A stretch of DNA of 30,416 nucleotides from a virus (Duplodnaviria > Caudoviricetes): positions 1-30,416 of IMG/VR virus record IMGVR_UViG_3300044771_000045. One strand, written 5' to 3'. The position numbers and the translations under genes were made by a program. Numbering within the stretch: the first letter of the stretch is position 1; every line of letters begins with the position of its first letter. Under the pieces are notes generated by a model. It was not told where the DNA came from and did no database searches. It saw only the letters and a list, made by a program, of their open reading frames with translations. Positions 1 through 6,946 of this stretch are shown here, in pieces.

Positions 1-155
1 TGAGGCCGATCGGGGAGAAAAGAAATGTCAAGAAAGTGCATGGGGATGGCGGTAACTAGGCGGAATTGCATGATCGGCTACGTGCCACCCCTGAACAAAC
101 ACAATACGGTATTCCAGGGAGTTAGGTGGAAAGAAAATGTAACAGGATGTCAGAG

Positions 156-401
156 GGCGGCGCGGCGTGGTGGGAACACGCTCGGAAAGCACGGCGGGAG
201 GAAAATGCAGCGGGAGGCAAAAGCCATTGGTACCGTGGACCCATACGATGAAAGAACCGCATTTCATCGCGGTTAGGGAACATCCGTGGGCGCATCCTGT
301 CCGAGGGGACCGAGTAACCTTTCCTCTTTGTCCAGGCCCGGACGGTGGGGCTGCCCCGTGCTGCTGAAGCCCCGAATCAGGTTCAAATCCTGACGCCGCC
401 A
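156..401 (+). ncRNA. tRNA-like structured RNA with a large insert replacing the anticodon arm
   Basis: 7-bp acceptor GGCGGCG(156-162)/CGCCGCC(394-400) plus A401. D-arm GCGTG(165-169)/CACGC(177-181) with GG in the loop. Canonical T-arm TCAGG-TTCAAAT-CCTGA (377-393). Nested internal helices 182-185/372-375, 188-194/356-362 and 198-204/320-326. Confidence 0.62.
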
Positions 402-412
402 AGGAGTACGAT

Positions 413-622
413 ATGCAAAAGGGAGATGGGTCTTGTAGTCTGAAAAAACATCGGCAGGGGATCAAGGGGAAGAAGGCAAATCCTCCATCGGGGTTGATGA
501 AGATATTGAATGCAATATTCCATAACAGGTCTGAGGCAGAACTGGAGAAGTTGCGAGAAGCCAAGAAGAAACTCCAAGGATTCGTAAGCATCGAGGAATG
601 GCTATCCAGAAGGGGAAGGTAA
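413..622 (+). CDS. Hypothetical basic protein, 69 aa
   Basis: AAGGAG Shine-Dalgarno directly after the tRNA-like 3' end; Lys-rich ORF with a helical C-terminus. Confidence 0.55.
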   Translation: MQKGDGSCSLKKHRQGIKGKKANPPSGLMKILNAIFHNRSEAELEKLREAKKKLQGFVSIEEWLSRRGR

Positions 623-648
623 GCCGCCGCCCGAAAAGGAGGAGGGGT

Positions 649-897
649 TTGACGAGTGATTTCGGTCATCAGTGGGCGCGAGGTCCGGGGATCTGTGTTG
701 ATAGTTGGGGCGCGGGGCCATTCATAATTGGCCGATGGCGTTTTGAGGATTCCGACAGGTTCGGGCCGAACTTTATCCGCAAGGACGGGCAACCGAGAAA
801 CCCGCCTAAGGAAAACGACCCATTTTGGTATCTCTATAAAAAATGGCGGGACAACAATAGACCGATGGAAAAGGACGGCATTACATGCATTACATAG
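649..897 (+). CDS. Hypothetical phage protein, 82 aa (TTG start)
   Basis: Strong SD AGGAGGAGG before TTG at 649; globular-looking sequence WRFEDSDRFGP...KDG.P...PFW...W. Confidence 0.65.
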   Translation: MTSDFGHQWARGPGICVDSWGAGPFIIGRWRFEDSDRFGPNFIRKDGQPRNPPKENDPFWYLYKKWRDNNRPMEKDGITCIT

Positions 898-938
898 CCG
901 CCGCCATCAGGAAGAGGAAATAGGGGAAGGAGGAGAGG

Positions 939-1271
939 ATGGGCGACAAATGGAAGGTGAACTATCCCTGCGGCTGCCAGTTCGAAGGCCACGATCTCGG
1001 AGACCCAACGCCGGAACATTGTCCATCCCATGGCGAACCCAAGCGGCTCCTTGGCTTCCCGATGGTAGAGATCCCCGGCTGCCCTTCCTGCGCCCGGTTC
1101 GCCGCGAAGAGGAAGGACAGGGAGGGGCTGGCGAAGGTAATCTATTATCTTGATCCTTTGTATGAGTTCCCATATTCCCGCAATATCGCAAAATGGGAAA
1201 CATTGGTCGATAGCGATAAAAAGGAGTCTTATAAGATTGCCGACGCCGCGTTTCGCTGGATGGAGGAATAG
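939..1271 (+). CDS. Hypothetical Cys/His-rich phage protein, 110 aa, possibly Zn-binding
   Basis: SD GGAGGAGAGG; motifs CGC, HCPSH and CPSC. Confidence 0.7.
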   Translation: MGDKWKVNYPCGCQFEGHDLGDPTPEHCPSHGEPKRLLGFPMVEIPGCPSCARFAAKRKDREGLAKVIYYLDPLYEFPYSRNIAKWETLVDSDKKESYKIADAAFRWMEE

Positions 1272-1272
1272 G

Positions 1273-1533
1273 ATGGAACAGTCTCGTAGGGATGAAATAT
1301 CTATGTTGATCCAACGCATTCTCGCAGGAAAGCATAAATGCGGTCTTGCCGGGGATAGTGCGATTAAGGATCTTTGAGACGAGAATGTGGACCTCCGCGA
1401 AGAAGTAGCGAGGCTGACCGAATATGCCGACCGTATTCACGCCACAACGGGAATTGAGATCACGCGCCTGAACACACGCATCCGGGAGTTGGAGAAGGCG
1501 ATAGACCATCGTTCAGAATTATCTAGTTCGTGA
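1273..1533 (+). pseudogene. Coiled-coil phage protein interrupted by an in-frame TGA at 1375-1377
   Basis: SD GGAGG then ATG 1273. The reading AIKDL*DENVDLREEVARLTEY...EITRLNTRIRELEKAI continues in frame to TGA 1531-1533. Confidence 0.5.
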
Positions 1534-1758
1534 TTGGTCAATGGTCTCCCCTGCTGCTCCATGCTGCCCGTGCGTGTGAGCGAATCTATCGACGAGGAAG
1601 TGCGCTCTGTCGCACAAAATTCTATCGACTTTATTCTCTAATTCGTTCTCTATCTTTTGTATCGCTTCCTTGATCCCGTTGATCCAGACCTTGATGAAAA
1701 AGCCAAGGACTATCACCAATACCGCGTTGACGACGATTGGCTCGAAGTTAGTTCCCAT
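1519..1758 (-). CDS. Single-pass membrane protein with coiled coil (lysis region, holin/antiholin-like), 79 aa
   Basis: N-terminal hydrophobic helix IVVNAVLVIVLGFFIKVWI followed by IKEAIQKIENELENKVD; last gene of the late operon. Confidence 0.7.
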   Translation of the reverse strand: MGTNFEPIVVNAVLVIVLGFFIKVWINGIKEAIQKIENELENKVDRILCDRAHFLVDRFAHTHGQHGAAGETIDQSRTR

Positions 1759-1912
1759 TTATACCCCCCACACGTTTCTTCCTTCTCTTTTTCTTAGGTG
1801 CGGGCCCGTTCCTCCTTGGAGTCAAGGGAGCCCCGCAGAGATGCCTGGGGCATCCTGGATGCAGCGGGTGAGGACACCCCCGGCAAGGATCGTCGTACTG
1901 TTTCTTGCCCAC
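1748..1912 (-). CDS. Possible small Cys-rich basic protein, 54 aa (not in the ORF track)
   Basis: My translation from GTG 1912 is MGKKQYDDPCRGCPHPLHPGCPRHLCGAPLTPRRNGPAPKKKRRKKRVGGINGN. It fills the gap between neighbours; the SD is weak. Confidence 0.35.
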   Translation of the reverse strand: MGKKQYDDPCRGCPHPLHPGCPRHLCGAPLTPRRNGPAPKKKRRKKRVGGINGN

Positions 1913-1918
1913 ATCCGG

Positions 1919-2182
1919 CTACACCTTCGGTACGGTCGGGCCAGGGTCGGGGTCTCCGGCATTCGCGGCACGTGGGTTAGCCGCTGTTCCAGTGACGCTC
2001 GCGCTCTTGGTGAGAAGGGTGAACACAAGACCCGACAGAACGGCAACCACTGCCGCGACCTGGTTGATGAATGCGGTCTTGTCCGGATAGAAAAGAGCCA
2101 CCAGCGTTGCGAGGGCCGTGATGATGCCAGGAATGGTTGTCTCCCAATTCCGTTTGATGTTAGCCCAAGTGTTTTCCCACAT
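1919..2182 (-). CDS. Putative holin (two TM segments), 87 aa
   Basis: Two hydrophobic helices (TIPGIITALATLVALFY; VAAVVAVLSGLVFTLL), SD GGAGGGGG, located in the lysis region. Confidence 0.65.
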   Translation of the reverse strand: MWENTWANIKRNWETTIPGIITALATLVALFYPDKTAFINQVAAVVAVLSGLVFTLLTKSASVTGTAANPRAANAGDPDPGPTVPKV

Positions 2183-2190
2183 ACCCCCTC

Positions 2191-2367
2191 CTATACGTCT
2201 TTGATGTCGTCTGGGTTGAACGCCATTGCCTTGCCCAGTTCCACCTTGAACATCGCAGCAGTTTCCTCATCCGTTTTCCCCTGCTGCCGTTGGTATGCAA
2301 ACCAAAGCGAGACGCCCACTTGTAGCAGATTCGATACGATTGCCCCAATATCCTGCTTTTCGCTCAT
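2191..2367 (-). CDS. Small protein with N-terminal hydrophobic segment, 58 aa (not in the ORF track)
   Basis: SD GGGAGGGA and ATG 2367; MSEKQDIGAIVSNLLQVGVSLWFAYQRQQGKTDEETAAMFKVELGKAMAFNPDDIKDV fills the intergenic gap exactly. Confidence 0.72.
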   Translation of the reverse strand: MSEKQDIGAIVSNLLQVGVSLWFAYQRQQGKTDEETAAMFKVELGKAMAFNPDDIKDV

Positions 2368-2376
2368 GTTCCCTCC

Positions 2377-2706
2377 CTACAGGCCCAAGGCCACGAGGTC
2401 GTCTATCAGGTTGTAGATATCCTGCTCCGTGCCCGCGGAAGGCACTCCGCCAGAGTCCACGACAAGTCCGTAGGTTTTTACCAGCGGATCGAGTTTCTTG
2501 ATGACGGCCTTCTTCTGGCGCACGTTCTCCTTCTGCGCCTCGGTAAGATTCGGACGATGCGACATCTCCAGCGTGCTGGCCGTCTGCGCGTTGTAAGTCG
2601 AAAGGACCATGAGAGCCTTGCCCCTTACGGAGATCTTAGGCGCACATGCGCTTACGGCCAGCGCAAGGAAGACGACCAACGGCAGTAACAACACTTTCTT
2701 TCTCAT
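2377..2706 (-). CDS. Lipoprotein, 109 aa (candidate spanin component)
   Basis: Start re-called at ATG 2706 (SD GAGGAGG); signal MRKKVLLLPLVVFLALA with lipobox VSA|C; helical mature part. Confidence 0.8.
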   Translation of the reverse strand: MRKKVLLLPLVVFLALAVSACAPKISVRGKALMVLSTYNAQTASTLEMSHRPNLTEAQKENVRQKKAVIKKLDPLVKTYGLVVDSGGVPSAGTEQDIYNLIDDLVALGL

Positions 2707-2837
2707 AAAAACCTCCTCATCTTCCAGATGGTGATGACCACCGCAACGCCAGCGACCACCAGAAATAAGACCTCGATCGCTGCGTAGATACGTGCGAAAA
2801 GAACCAACTTCCAAAGGAGACCATCTATCAACCCCAC
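2703..2837 (-). CDS. Small membrane protein, 44 aa (not in the ORF track)
   Basis: From GTG 2837: MGLIDGLLWKLVLFARIYAAIEVLFLVVAGVAVVITIWKMRRFL. Its stop overlaps the lipoprotein start (ATGA). Confidence 0.6.
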   Translation of the reverse strand: MGLIDGLLWKLVLFARIYAAIEVLFLVVAGVAVVITIWKMRRFL

Positions 2838-2839
2838 GC

Positions 2840-2899
2840 CTACCCCCCGAACAGCAGGGTCAGGATAAATAGGACGACCGCGCCTATCGCGGCGATCAA
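2840..2899 (-). CDS. Possible 19-aa hydrophobic peptide
   Basis: TTG overlaps the upstream TGA (TTGA); MIAAIGAVVLFILTLLFGG would be one TM helix. Very short. Confidence 0.3.
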   Translation of the reverse strand: MIAAIGAVVLFILTLLFGG

Positions 2900-3360
2900 T
2901 CGGTTACGACCGGAGTGCCCGGAATCCCCGGGGTCCGGCTTGGGGCGAAAGGGAACGTGTACTTCGCAACAACACTTTCCAACGAGTCCAGTTCCGCTCC
3001 GCTTGCGTTCACGAATGCCTGACTGACTGTGAACTCCCACGCTTCACCTTCGGCTGGTTTTGCCAGACCGTTTGAGGAGAACGCTGAAGCAAAGTCCCCG
3101 GACCACGTCGATATGCCGTCTTTCGTTTCCGCGTAATATTTTCTCGGTTGATTGTCCCCTTGCTTTCTTGCTCGCAGGTAGAACTTCATCGTTGACATTT
3201 CCTGCGACGTGAACGTCCCTGTCTTTCCCGTGTTGTCGGTCCACGTCGTCGCCGGTGTCCACTCCACGTTCTGCGCGGCGGCATTTCCAGCGGATAGCAT
3301 CATCACACCAAAAACAAGTAGCCCGATCAGTACCCCAACACTTCTTCGCATCCACATCAT
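2896..3360 (-). CDS. Exported protein with Sec signal peptide, beta-rich (FN3/Ig-like by inference), 154 aa
   Basis: MMWMRRSVGVLIGLLVFGVMMLSAGNAAA|Q signal with an AxA site; mature part with V.WTP...FYL...WEFTVS...ELDS.ES pattern; SD GAGGAGG. Confidence 0.75.
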   Translation of the reverse strand: MMWMRRSVGVLIGLLVFGVMMLSAGNAAAQNVEWTPATTWTDNTGKTGTFTSQEMSTMKFYLRARKQGDNQPRKYYAETKDGISTWSGDFASAFSSNGLAKPAEGEAWEFTVSQAFVNASGAELDSLESVVAKYTFPFAPSRTPGIPGTPVVTD

Positions 3361-3364
3361 TTTT

Positions 3365-3940
3365 CTACCTCCTCAAGGATTTTTCCCACGCGTCCACGCC
3401 GCGGGCGATCGCAGCACAATAAAGGTTGACCGTTGCATAGTCCCGGAGCCAGATGGCCGCGGCGTCGTTCGAGAGGAACTCGAGCTCCAGCAGCACCGCC
3501 GGCATCCGCGTGTGGCGCAGGACGTAGAAGTTCGCCTCCTTGTCCGGGTCGCCGTCATCCCAGTCCGCGCGCATCTTCCGGTCGGGGAAGGTTGCCTTGA
3601 TCTCCCCGAAGAGACTTGTCGCGACCTCGTCGGAGGCGGTCTGTCCCACCGACGTCCACAACTCGATCCCCGAGGCCGCCTGGTTGACCGCGGCGTTGCA
3701 GTGCAGGGAGAGGAACAGGTGCGCCCTGCGATCGTGCGCGAACGCAACGCGCGCCGGCAGGGAGAGGAACTGGTCGGCCTCCCGAGTGAGGGAGACCTGG
3801 TGCCCCGCGTCTGCGAGGTGCGGGCGGAGGATCAGCGCGTACATGAGCGCGACGTTTGACTCCCGCAGCTTCACCCGGTCGTTCACAGCGCCAGGATCCG
3901 TACCGCCGTGGCCTGGGTCGATCAGGATCTTCATGGGCAT
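3365..3940 (-). CDS. Endolysin, N-acetylmuramoyl-L-alanine amidase (Amidase_3), catalytic domain only
   Basis: ILIDPGHGGTDPGA, LRESNVAL, LTR, FLSLHCNA, FYVLRHTRMPAVLLELEFLSN (Zn ligands H/E/H and the catalytic E). Confidence 0.96.
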   Translation of the reverse strand: MPMKILIDPGHGGTDPGAVNDRVKLRESNVALMYALILRPHLADAGHQVSLTREADQFLSLPARVAFAHDRRAHLFLSLHCNAAVNQAASGIELWTSVGQTASDEVATSLFGEIKATFPDRKMRADWDDGDPDKEANFYVLRHTRMPAVLLELEFLSNDAAAIWLRDYATVNLYCAAIARGVDAWEKSLRR

Positions 3941-3948
3941 CCCTCCCT

Positions 3949-3976
3949 GAAATAAAAAAGGCCCCGAAAGGGGCCT
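3949..3976 (-). terminator. Intrinsic terminator-like hairpin upstream of the endolysin
   Basis: Minus strand AGGCCCC-TTTC-GGGGCCT followed by TTTTTATTTC. Confidence 0.75.
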
Positions 3977-4007
3977 CCGTTGGCTCGTCGTGGATTCGAT
4001 TATTCCG

Positions 4008-4337
4008 TCAGTCTTCCCTCACCGGGATGATGAGAACCTCCGGCAGATCCTCTCCCAGCACCGTCTTGACGTTCGCCTCGGCGTGGTAGTCCTTTCCGTT
4101 CACGCCTCCGCCGTACTTCTTCAGGAAGGTCACCTTCAGATTGTCGCCGACGATCGCGACGGATCCGGCCTCGACCATCTTGTCCGTGACGTCCTCGCTG
4201 GTCAGTTCATCGGTCACCACCAGCGAGTTGATCGAGGTCAGGGAGTCCCCCGGCAGGAGTGCATCCTTCACATCGAAGTTGATCGTCAGCCACCTCGACT
4301 CGTACTTCTGGACGGGCGGCTTCACCACCTGTGCCAT
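4008..4337 (-). CDS. Virion protein, fibre-tail adaptor-like, 109 aa
   Basis: Pattern K.E...INFD...L.PGD.L.S...GG..G..Y.....KT..GE recalled from small proteins following phage fibre genes; SD GGAGGGG. Confidence 0.6.
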   Translation of the reverse strand: MAQVVKPPVQKYESRWLTINFDVKDALLPGDSLTSINSLVVTDELTSEDVTDKMVEAGSVAIVGDNLKVTFLKKYGGGVNGKDYHAEANVKTVLGEDLPEVLIIPVRED

Positions 4338-4346
4338 AGTCCCCTC

Positions 4347-5948
4347 CTATTGGTCGTCGTGCTCGCGCTTGCGTGCGGTCGCGTCGTATTCGCGTTTTCT
4401 CGCCTTGGCGTCGTACTCCCTATATCGGGCCATCGCGTTGTAGGTATTCCTGGCTGATGCGAGCCTCGGGATCATCATTTTGTCGAGTGCGTGCCCGGCA
4501 TCCACGATGACCACGATCCCTTGAAGGAGCATGGCGTCGATCTCGTGACCCAGGTCCGTGAGGGCGAGGCGGGCCTCGATGGATAGAGAATCCAGGCCCG
4601 ATCCGAAGTCCGCGAGGGCTATCGGGATCGCGACGGTCTCGATGAACCGGACCATCGTGTCAACCCCGGCCGCCTCGTCCGCGAGGGCGATCTGGTTCAG
4701 GAGCGAAAGAAGGTCGGCACCGCTTCCTGCGTCCACGATCCCGAGGGGTGCATAGAACAGGACGCCGTCCGACCCGGCCCCTGCATCTCCGAGACCGAGG
4801 GATGCCACGAGAGAGATCGCGTCGACCCCGGAACCCGAGTCGCCGATGGGGATCGCGGCGGCCAGTGCCAAGAGATCAACGCCCGCACCTGAATCCTGCA
4901 TAGAGAGGGCCGCTTGGATCGCCGCCAAGACGTCCGCCCCGGAGCCTCCGTCTTCCAGGGTCTTGTAGATGATGTCGATGAACTCCTGGACGGACATCGC
5001 GTCCGCGCCGGAGCCGACCTCGGAAAGGACGAGCTGGGCGATAAGGGCCACGGTATCCGCCCCCGCCCCTGAATCCTGCATGGTGAGAATGGCGTCGATG
5101 AGCGCCACGGCATCGGTACCGGTCCCCGATTCGATGATCGAAAGAACCGCCTGGACCATCGCGATCGCATCCGTCCCGCTGCCCGAGTCCGCCAGCTCCT
5201 TGAACACCGTGATGAGCAGCTGCATCGCGTCGGCGCCCGCTCCGCTTTCCAACAGGGACAGGACGGCTTGGAGAACCACGATGGCATCGGTCCCGGACCC
5301 CGCATCGGCGACGGAGAGTGCCGCCTGCAAGACAGAAATAGCGTCTGCCCCCGCCCCTGAATCTTCGAGGACCTTGAACACGGTGATGGCGAGTTCGAGC
5401 GCGTCGGCGCCAGCGCCGGTTTCCAGGATCGAGAGTGCTGCCTCAAGGATTGCGATCGCGTCTGAGCCAGTTCCTGCGTCCACGGCCGAAAGCGCGGCGG
5501 AGAGATCGGCGATCACGTCGCTCCCAATGCCCGAGTCTACGAGAGACTTCTCGACGAGTTCGGAGACGGTGAGCACGTCGACGCCCGTCCCGGATTCCGT
5601 GATGTGCTCTTCCCCGGTGTCCACGGAAAGGGCATCCAGGCCCACCCCGGACTCGACGAGGACCAACGCCACTTCGAGTGCGGCGATCGCGTCGGAAACC
5701 GTCCCCGATTCGGCGATCGTGAGAGACGCGCCGAGTACGGCGATCAGGTCGCTGCCGGCACCGGCGTCAATGATGTCGAGGAAAGAGCCGGGAGCTAACG
5801 CATCAGAGCCGGTCCCCGTGTCGTCGATATTCTTCGCCACGCGCGGGTCATACTCGACCTGGACATGGACTTGCGCTGCCTTCGCCAGCGGCGGAGAGTC
5901 GTACTCAACCTGGACATGGATCTGCGTTACATTTGCGCCATCCGCCAC
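4347..5948 (-). CDS. Repeat-rich acidic fibre-like protein, 533 aa
   Basis: About 24 copies of an 18-22-aa unit centred on [DE]-[SA]-G-x-G-x-D; N-terminal duplicated (Q)xHVQVEYD; C-terminal basic REYDAxARK repeats. Confidence 0.8.
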   Translation of the reverse strand: MADGANVTQIHVQVEYDSPPLAKAAQVHVQVEYDPRVAKNIDDTGTGSDALAPGSFLDIIDAGAGSDLIAVLGASLTIAESGTVSDAIAALEVALVLVESGVGLDALSVDTGEEHITESGTGVDVLTVSELVEKSLVDSGIGSDVIADLSAALSAVDAGTGSDAIAILEAALSILETGAGADALELAITVFKVLEDSGAGADAISVLQAALSVADAGSGTDAIVVLQAVLSLLESGAGADAMQLLITVFKELADSGSGTDAIAMVQAVLSIIESGTGTDAVALIDAILTMQDSGAGADTVALIAQLVLSEVGSGADAMSVQEFIDIIYKTLEDGGSGADVLAAIQAALSMQDSGAGVDLLALAAAIPIGDSGSGVDAISLVASLGLGDAGAGSDGVLFYAPLGIVDAGSGADLLSLLNQIALADEAAGVDTMVRFIETVAIPIALADFGSGLDSLSIEARLALTDLGHEIDAMLLQGIVVIVDAGHALDKMMIPRLASARNTYNAMARYREYDAKARKREYDATARKREHDDQ

Positions 5949-5950
5949 CT

Positions 5951-6934
5951 TTAAGCCCTCGCCTTCACTCCCGCTTCAAGTCCATTGACGTCGCTCTCCG
6001 TCCACGCTACCGCCGTATTCGGGTTCTGCTCCCATAGTTTCGCGTGCCCCATGAACGCCGTAGAGAGGGCTTGGTCAGCACCCGGGTAGTCCGTCCCGCC
6101 GGTTCTCGCTACGAGCGCAATGTTCTGCGGCGTGCTTGCCCCTTCCTTTCGGGCACGGGCCATGACCTGTACTGATTTTATGGAATAGGGGCTGATACTC
6201 AAGTCGGCGAGAGAATAAGTGTCGATCTCATCGTTGACGTTCGTCGAAACGTAATCGGCGTCGGAGGCGGGCACCTCATCCACGCACGCATAATTCGATC
6301 CGGCAGAAGGGTCCCACTGAGTCGAGTTTCCTGCACCGCCGGGAGAAAGACCAACGATTCTTGTGTCTCCAATCCAATTACTATCATCAACCACGAGATC
6401 ATCTACAAGCCAATTTAGGCTTTGGTTATACGCATCATAACCAAGGCGAAAATTGTCGATTGTTCCTGTTCCCGCGTTTCTGGTATCTCCCGTAAAATCA
6501 ATCACGGTATTGCCGGTTAACTTAACTACGATACGACCCTCAGAGTCATGAACATAGATGTACGTTTCTAAAAAATACCAAACATACGGAGAGATAATAT
6601 ATCCCGTAGACGCTACTTGTGTGTTTGCTCTTCTTGCAGATATGTAGAATGAACCACCAGAGTATAAAGATACCAAATTGACGTGAACCGTGCCCCCTTC
6701 TCGGGCAGAAATTATCGCACCGGTTCCTGTCTGGTTTAAATAAAACTTCTTGGCGAAGTAATAAGTCGCGTTCGAAGGTATATTTTTCTCAACGAAAGAA
6801 GTTCCCGCTCCTGTGATATGAAAAGCGTAGTTTCCTGTGTATTTCGTTGTCCCGTTTATAGTTGTGACACCGGATTTTGTGTCCCACAGATCCAAACCGC
6901 CGCTCTCAAATCCGTCAATGAATACTCTGGCCAT
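5951..6934 (-). CDS. Tail/fibre protein with a lectin-like (ConA/LamG-type) N-terminal domain, about 327 aa
   Basis: FIDGFESG start, WYFLETYI...G.I.VK..G..VIDFTGDT...IDNFRLG...VDDLVV beta-sandwich pattern. Start moved to ATG 6934 for SD spacing. Confidence 0.7.
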   Translation of the reverse strand: MARVFIDGFESGGLDLWDTKSGVTTINGTTKYTGNYAFHITGAGTSFVEKNIPSNATYYFAKKFYLNQTGTGAIISAREGGTVHVNLVSLYSGGSFYISARRANTQVASTGYIISPYVWYFLETYIYVHDSEGRIVVKLTGNTVIDFTGDTRNAGTGTIDNFRLGYDAYNQSLNWLVDDLVVDDSNWIGDTRIVGLSPGGAGNSTQWDPSAGSNYACVDEVPASDADYVSTNVNDEIDTYSLADLSISPYSIKSVQVMARARKEGASTPQNIALVARTGGTDYPGADQALSTAFMGHAKLWEQNPNTAVAWTESDVNGLEAGVKARA

Positions 6935-6946
6935 CGACATTCCTCC

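Noticed and set aside
156-401. Calling the tRNA-like element a tmRNA or a canonical tRNA
   Set aside because: It has no G3:U70 pair, has a D-stem, has no Ala-Ala-ending tag frame, and shows no 7-nt anticodon loop or recognisable intron boundaries.
25-792. ORFs 25..276 (+), 167..367 (+) and 28..792 (-)
   Set aside because: They overlap the tRNA-like RNA or better-supported plus-strand genes and have no recognisable motifs. 25..276 has a possible SD, so it cannot be fully excluded.
4347-5948. Periodic DNA repeats as a possible CRISPR array or DGR template/variable pair
   Set aside because: The repeats are degenerate, in frame and explained by protein repeats. There are no identical repeats with unique spacers, no adenine-specific mismatch pair noticed and no reverse transcriptase in the window.
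4969-5988. 339-aa Ser/Ala-rich plus-strand ORF
   Set aside because: Antisense shadow of the repeat protein.
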